DNA of 64,000 nucleotides, taken from positions 1 through 64,000 of the forward strand of contig JBHLQH010000012.1 in NCBI GenBank assembly GCA_048884965.1, in the 5' to 3' direction. The position numbers and the translations under genes were made by a program. The notes beneath the pieces were generated by a model that worked only from the letters and a program-made list of their open reading frames with translations, ran no database searches and was not told the DNA's origin. The stretch's first letter is position 1. Each line of letters begins with the position of its first letter. Shown piece by piece: positions 60,290 to 64,000 of this stretch. Source of the stretch: Candidatus Thorarchaeota archaeon (GTDB lineage Archaea > Asgardarchaeota > Thorarchaeia > Thorarchaeales > Thorarchaeaceae).

Positions 60290-60745
60290 TTGGAGAACTC
60301 GTTTTTAGAGACCAGCGAACCTGCTATTACAGAAGAGATCACATTGGACAAGATCTACGTGATCTGTTGTGATCAGAGCAAATCATCAATGGGATTGGGC
60401 CATATCAGAACAGCCGTGGATGGTGTTGAGGAGTCGGAACTATCACTGGATTGGAGCCACGTACGGGCGGTACCAATCATCACTCTTGAAGACGCGTCCT
60501 TTGAAGCAGGACAAACCCTGATCGTAAGAATCAAGCCGTTAGTTGTACCACCAAAGGCTGCTTTGATTAGATCCTTTTATGGTTCCAATGGGATGGGAAA
60601 CTTGACCTGCATTGGTTCAACTGAATTTAGAGGATTTGATGAAGAGCGACTAGCTGATAGGGCCATGTTTCATTCGAGAATCAAGGCCAATATGGTCAAA
60701 GGGGACCTATTAGGACACGTATTTGTCATCCCACCGATGAAATAG
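60290..60745 (+). CDS. DUF22-like archaeal protein
   Basis: 'VRIKPLVVPP', 'EER.ADRAMF', 'VKGDLLGHVFV' resemble the archaeal DUF22 pattern. Confidence 0.6.
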   Translation: MENSFLETSEPAITEEITLDKIYVICCDQSKSSMGLGHIRTAVDGVEESELSLDWSHVRAVPIITLEDASFEAGQTLIVRIKPLVVPPKAALIRSFYGSNGMGNLTCIGSTEFRGFDEERLADRAMFHSRIKANMVKGDLLGHVFVIPPMK

Positions 60746-60851
60746 AACTCCCTAGTTCTCCCCCTAATGCACATCCACTGATCAAGTGTTATTTGTAGGG
60801 TGATTGCGCCAAGTACGTAGCTTATATTGCACTATCGCTCAATGTGAAAGC

Positions 60852-61634
60852 ATGACGCTCTCTCGCACCATGAAAATAGGGATTATAGTTATCGTCCTTG
60901 TAGGGGTGACCACACCAATCGCACTCATGGCGATGCTCAACCAACCAGCAACAGGTATCGAAATTACTCTGCTACACAATGCAGGAGTGATGATCGAAAC
61001 GGGTGATGTGCGTATCTACATTGACCCATACAATCTTCCTGATAACTACACAGAATTGCCAGCTGACATCATTTTAGTGACACATCCACATGGAGACCAC
61101 TATCACTATGGCTCGATAGTAGATATAGAAACTCCCGATACGGTGTTCATCTTTCCAGAAAACATGTCCACTGAGATTGCTCGACATGATGCAACAGGTG
61201 TAAACCCAGGGGATAGTGTTCAGGTTGGCGATATCAATATCACAGCCTTCTATATGTATACCACAGCTCCTGAAGGCTACGAACCTAGTCATCCACCAGA
61301 GGCGAACTGGACCAGTTATATCATCGATATAAATGGATTCACAATCTTCCATGCTGGGGATTCTAAGTGTATCCCAGAATATGAACAGCTAGAAGGTAAG
61401 ATCGATGTAGCATTATTGCCCTTAGGACCAGGATGCCAAACCATGTATAGGTCAGAGGTTGTAGATGCAATTGAGGTTATACAACCAGATTATTTCATTC
61501 CGATACATTATACAGAGGATGAATTCGACGCGTTCTGCACACTTTACGATGTTCAGATTGAGAATTTAGAGTGCACCATGCTGGCATTGACTGAATACAG
61601 CTCACATCTCTTCACCAATATAAACGAAGAGTAA
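60852..61634 (+). CDS. MBL-fold metallo-hydrolase with N-terminal membrane anchor/signal
   Basis: 'IYIDPY', 'LVTHPHGDH', 'FHAGDS', 'IPIHY'; ATG at 60852. Confidence 0.92.
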   Translation: MTLSRTMKIGIIVIVLVGVTTPIALMAMLNQPATGIEITLLHNAGVMIETGDVRIYIDPYNLPDNYTELPADIILVTHPHGDHYHYGSIVDIETPDTVFIFPENMSTEIARHDATGVNPGDSVQVGDINITAFYMYTTAPEGYEPSHPPEANWTSYIIDINGFTIFHAGDSKCIPEYEQLEGKIDVALLPLGPGCQTMYRSEVVDAIEVIQPDYFIPIHYTEDEFDAFCTLYDVQIENLECTMLALTEYSSHLFTNINEE

Positions 61635-61666
61635 TTCCATTCCTACCTTCATCTCGAAAGCGGGCT

Positions 61667-61694
61667 GCTGAGGACTGCATTGCCAGTTCTCAGC
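61667..61694 (+). terminator. Intergenic stem-loop between MBL and GNAT genes
   Basis: GCTGAGGACTG-CATTGC-CAGTTCTCAGC (11 bp, one G.U). Confidence 0.5.
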
Positions 61695-61771
61695 TTCCCA
61701 AAAAATAGTCAATTTGCTTTAACCATTCCTTTTTCTTCTCATCAAGACATGAGTTCACAGGAGACAACAGG

Positions 61772-62575
61772 ATGAATCAAGACATTAGTCTTAGGAAAAT
61801 GACCACTAAGGACTGGGATGCGTTTCATAGATTCGATGTTCTTGCATTTCCAGATGATACCATGTCAGAGGAATTCTTCTTTAAGCGACTTGATCGAGAT
61901 GGATTCTTCTCTCTAGATTTGAAAGGTGAGATGATAGGGCAGCTCATTATATCTCCATTCGGTGAAAATGAGGGTCATCTTGGAAGGATAGCAATCGCAC
62001 CAACACATCAAGGGCAAGGCTATGGGAATGTGCTTTTACAGGAAGCAATGAAGTGGTTCAAGGATCACAGTCTCACCAAGGTCCATCTTTACACTCAAGA
62101 CCATAACAAGGTAGCCCAAAGTTTGTATCGAAAGTTCGGGTTTGAAAAGAGCGGTACAACATGGCACTACTTTGTACCACTAGAAACCTTGCGACAACGA
62201 AAGCAATTCAAATGCCAACCTATTGAATTGGACGAGATCGAAGTTGTGGGAATGAGATATGCATCACTCCCTGCGGCACAAATCCGAAGGTTTCTAGAAT
62301 TCTCGGAGCATCCTGTCTTTACCCTGAAGGATGATGATGGTTCTTTGAAAGGTGCATGTAGATTCACACCATCGTTTCCAGGTTGCTTCCCATTTGAGCT
62401 TGATGAGATAGATGGACTTGATGATTTCCTTCTTGGCTTGAAACCCTACTCACTTCCAGAATATGATTACATTCGCATTACATTTGTTGACAATGAGAAG
62501 CTATCTGTATTGTGCAAGGAAAGAGGATATAGATTGCATCACAGACTCTTCAAGATGACAGCAAGTATCACCTAG
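61772..62575 (+). CDS. GNAT N-acetyltransferase (RimI-like N-terminal domain plus second domain)
   Basis: 'RIAIAPTHQGQGYG..LL', 'N..AQSLYRKFGF'. Confidence 0.92.
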   Translation: MNQDISLRKMTTKDWDAFHRFDVLAFPDDTMSEEFFFKRLDRDGFFSLDLKGEMIGQLIISPFGENEGHLGRIAIAPTHQGQGYGNVLLQEAMKWFKDHSLTKVHLYTQDHNKVAQSLYRKFGFEKSGTTWHYFVPLETLRQRKQFKCQPIELDEIEVVGMRYASLPAAQIRRFLEFSEHPVFTLKDDDGSLKGACRFTPSFPGCFPFELDEIDGLDDFLLGLKPYSLPEYDYIRITFVDNEKLSVLCKERGYRLHHRLFKMTASIT

Positions 62576-62585
62576 GTAGATGATT

Positions 62586-63218
62586 CTAGGGGGGAACTGC
62601 TAGGAACTTCACTCTGAGATTGCGAATCAAGTCATTGAGTGGTGGGGGATTTGAAGGACCCACTCGTTTGAGGAGGCTTGATGTTATCTTCAGGCTGAAA
62701 TCAACCTTGAAGTTCTTGAGGGAGCTGCATGTGAATAACGAGCTGATTTCCAACTTGACCAGTCTATTATCAGAAATATCAATGTCCTCCAAATTCATAT
62801 GACCTGATAATGGCTCAAGCTCTAGCTGAAGAAGACGATTAGAATCTAGCGAGAGCGTGCGTAAGTTGCTGCACTTCCTCAAAGGCTCTAGATTCAAGCG
62901 AATCAGATTGTTTTCTCCCAAGTCCAATTCCTCAAGCACATTACATTCCTGCAATGGTTCCAAGTCAATCGCACCAAGCTTGTTGGAACGAAGTATAAGC
63001 CTGCGAAGATTCTTGCAGGATTTCAGAGGGCTCAAATCAATAGCCATCAGATAGTTCCCATCCAACAGAATCTCCTCTACATTTGTACAGTCCCCAAGAT
63101 CGCTCAGGTCAACCGCAATGAGCGAATTTCTCGCCAAAGTAATAGAAGTATCATCAGCCTGGAGAGGATGGTCTCTTTGTATACCTCCTACAAGCTTCAC
63201 CTTTACCTTTGGCAGCAT
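62586..63218 (-). CDS. Leucine-rich repeat protein
   Basis: 22-aa repeats 'L..L.L..N.L..IDL.PL..C.N'; ATG at 63218 (ORF open to 63236). Confidence 0.92.
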   Translation of the reverse strand: MLPKVKVKLVGGIQRDHPLQADDTSITLARNSLIAVDLSDLGDCTNVEEILLDGNYLMAIDLSPLKSCKNLRRLILRSNKLGAIDLEPLQECNVLEELDLGENNLIRLNLEPLRKCSNLRTLSLDSNRLLQLELEPLSGHMNLEDIDISDNRLVKLEISSLFTCSSLKNFKVDFSLKITSSLLKRVGPSNPPPLNDLIRNLRVKFLAVPP

Positions 63219-63345
63219 CACCACTCCCTTCTTCAATCGAATTCTTCTTTTGGTTGTCGAAGAATCTACCCTATAATATTATATGTTGATTATATGTATT
63301 ATTATATAATATATTCTATGCTGTGTGAGGCAGGGGAAAACACAG

Positions 63346-64000
63346 ATGAACATCCCAGGGAGTAATGTGGAAATCGAGATGGAATTCGATCGAGTCGTGT
63401 TGAAGGATGGCTCTACTTCAAAGATGATCGAGTACAAGGGCAGATCATTCGATGATGTGTTGACAGATGTTCAAAGCTTCATATACATTCGAGGTTTTGA
63501 CACTGCCAGACGACTGTTGAAATTCATCCTGCTAAGGATAGGTCTTCCAAACGTTGAAACTTTTCCACGAGATGATGAACTAACTGAAGAGGATATGGAT
63601 GAACTAAGTGGAATTCTGGAGGATATCGATCAGTTGTCAGACAGATTCCTTTCAGCCAAACATAGGGAAGATACAGCAGGGATAGAGGAAATCGCAAAGG
63701 TCAGAAAGACTGTACAAGACGATGAACCATTACCGGATCCATCAATCTGGGAATCAGACGAGCCTGTTGAACTTGTATTCAGATTCAACCCTGAGAACCT
63801 GCCTGGAAGAGCGGACTCGAAAGCGGCAATTAAGGAAGTCGACTGGGAGTCAGTTAGATTTCCAATATTTGAGAGTAACTACGAAACTGAGCTTGAGAAT
63901 CTGAAAGTCATTCTATTAGGATCGTCACAGGTCGGGAAGAGGGCATTTCTCGCTTCGGCAGGATTTGGTATTCAGTTCCTATCTATCAACGATGGTGATG
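63346..64000 (+). CDS. Partial CDS (runs off window): acidic N-terminal domain fused to a Ras-like small-GTPase domain
   Basis: Open frame from ATG 63346 (MNIPGSNVEIEMEFDRVVLKDG...) to the window end; 'LKVILLGSSQVGKRAFL' at 63901-63951 is a G1-like motif. Absent from the ORF track because there is no stop in the window. Confidence 0.7.
   Translation, partial: MNIPGSNVEIEMEFDRVVLKDGSTSKMIEYKGRSFDDVLTDVQSFIYIRGFDTARRLLKFILLRIGLPNVETFPRDDELTEEDMDELSGILEDIDQLSDRFLSAKHREDTAGIEEIAKVRKTVQDDEPLPDPSIWESDEPVELVFRFNPENLPGRADSKAAIKEVDWESVRFPIFESNYETELENLKVILLGSSQVGKRAFLASAGFGIQFLSINDGD

Noticed and set aside
241-63904. Numerous 60-180 aa ORFs nested in or antisense to long genes
   Set aside because: Shadow ORFs of the real CDSs, with no motifs or independent translation signals.

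Overview
Archaeal genomic window. The host is most likely an Asgard archaeon (Thorarchaeia-like). This is inferred from gene content: NosD/beta-helix/Ig and SBBP surface proteins with C-terminal membrane anchors, a stand-alone LRR protein, a Ras-like small-GTPase domain, a crenarchaeal-type SSB and DUF22. The centrepiece is a ~29 kb co-directional, translationally coupled operon (9320-38227). It encodes an apparently complete extracellular/cytoplasmic contractile injection system (eCIS; Afp/PVC-like): sheath, tube, gp26/51-like chaperone, Pvc16 cap, Afp15-type AAA ATPase, tube initiator, LysM, hub, gpV spike, PAAR-like tip, gp25, two baseplate-J proteins, a gpI-like protein, a DUF6519/beta-helix fibre and an HhH protein. 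The operon ends in two DUF4157 proteins with different C-terminal toxin-like domains (HNH-type nuclease; C39-like papain-fold peptidase). No capsid, terminase, integrase, lysis, T6SS membrane-complex or obvious immunity genes are visible. Several structural proteins carry unusual inserts (Ig-like domain in the sheath, zinc ribbon in the gpI-like protein, triple IPT tail on Pvc16). The flanks hold giant surface glycoproteins, a split aminotransferase/FGGY kinase/class II aldolase set, SSB, two CPBP proteases, MBL, GNAT, LRR and a partial small-GTPase fusion. All family assignments come from motif recognition by eye; no database searches were run.
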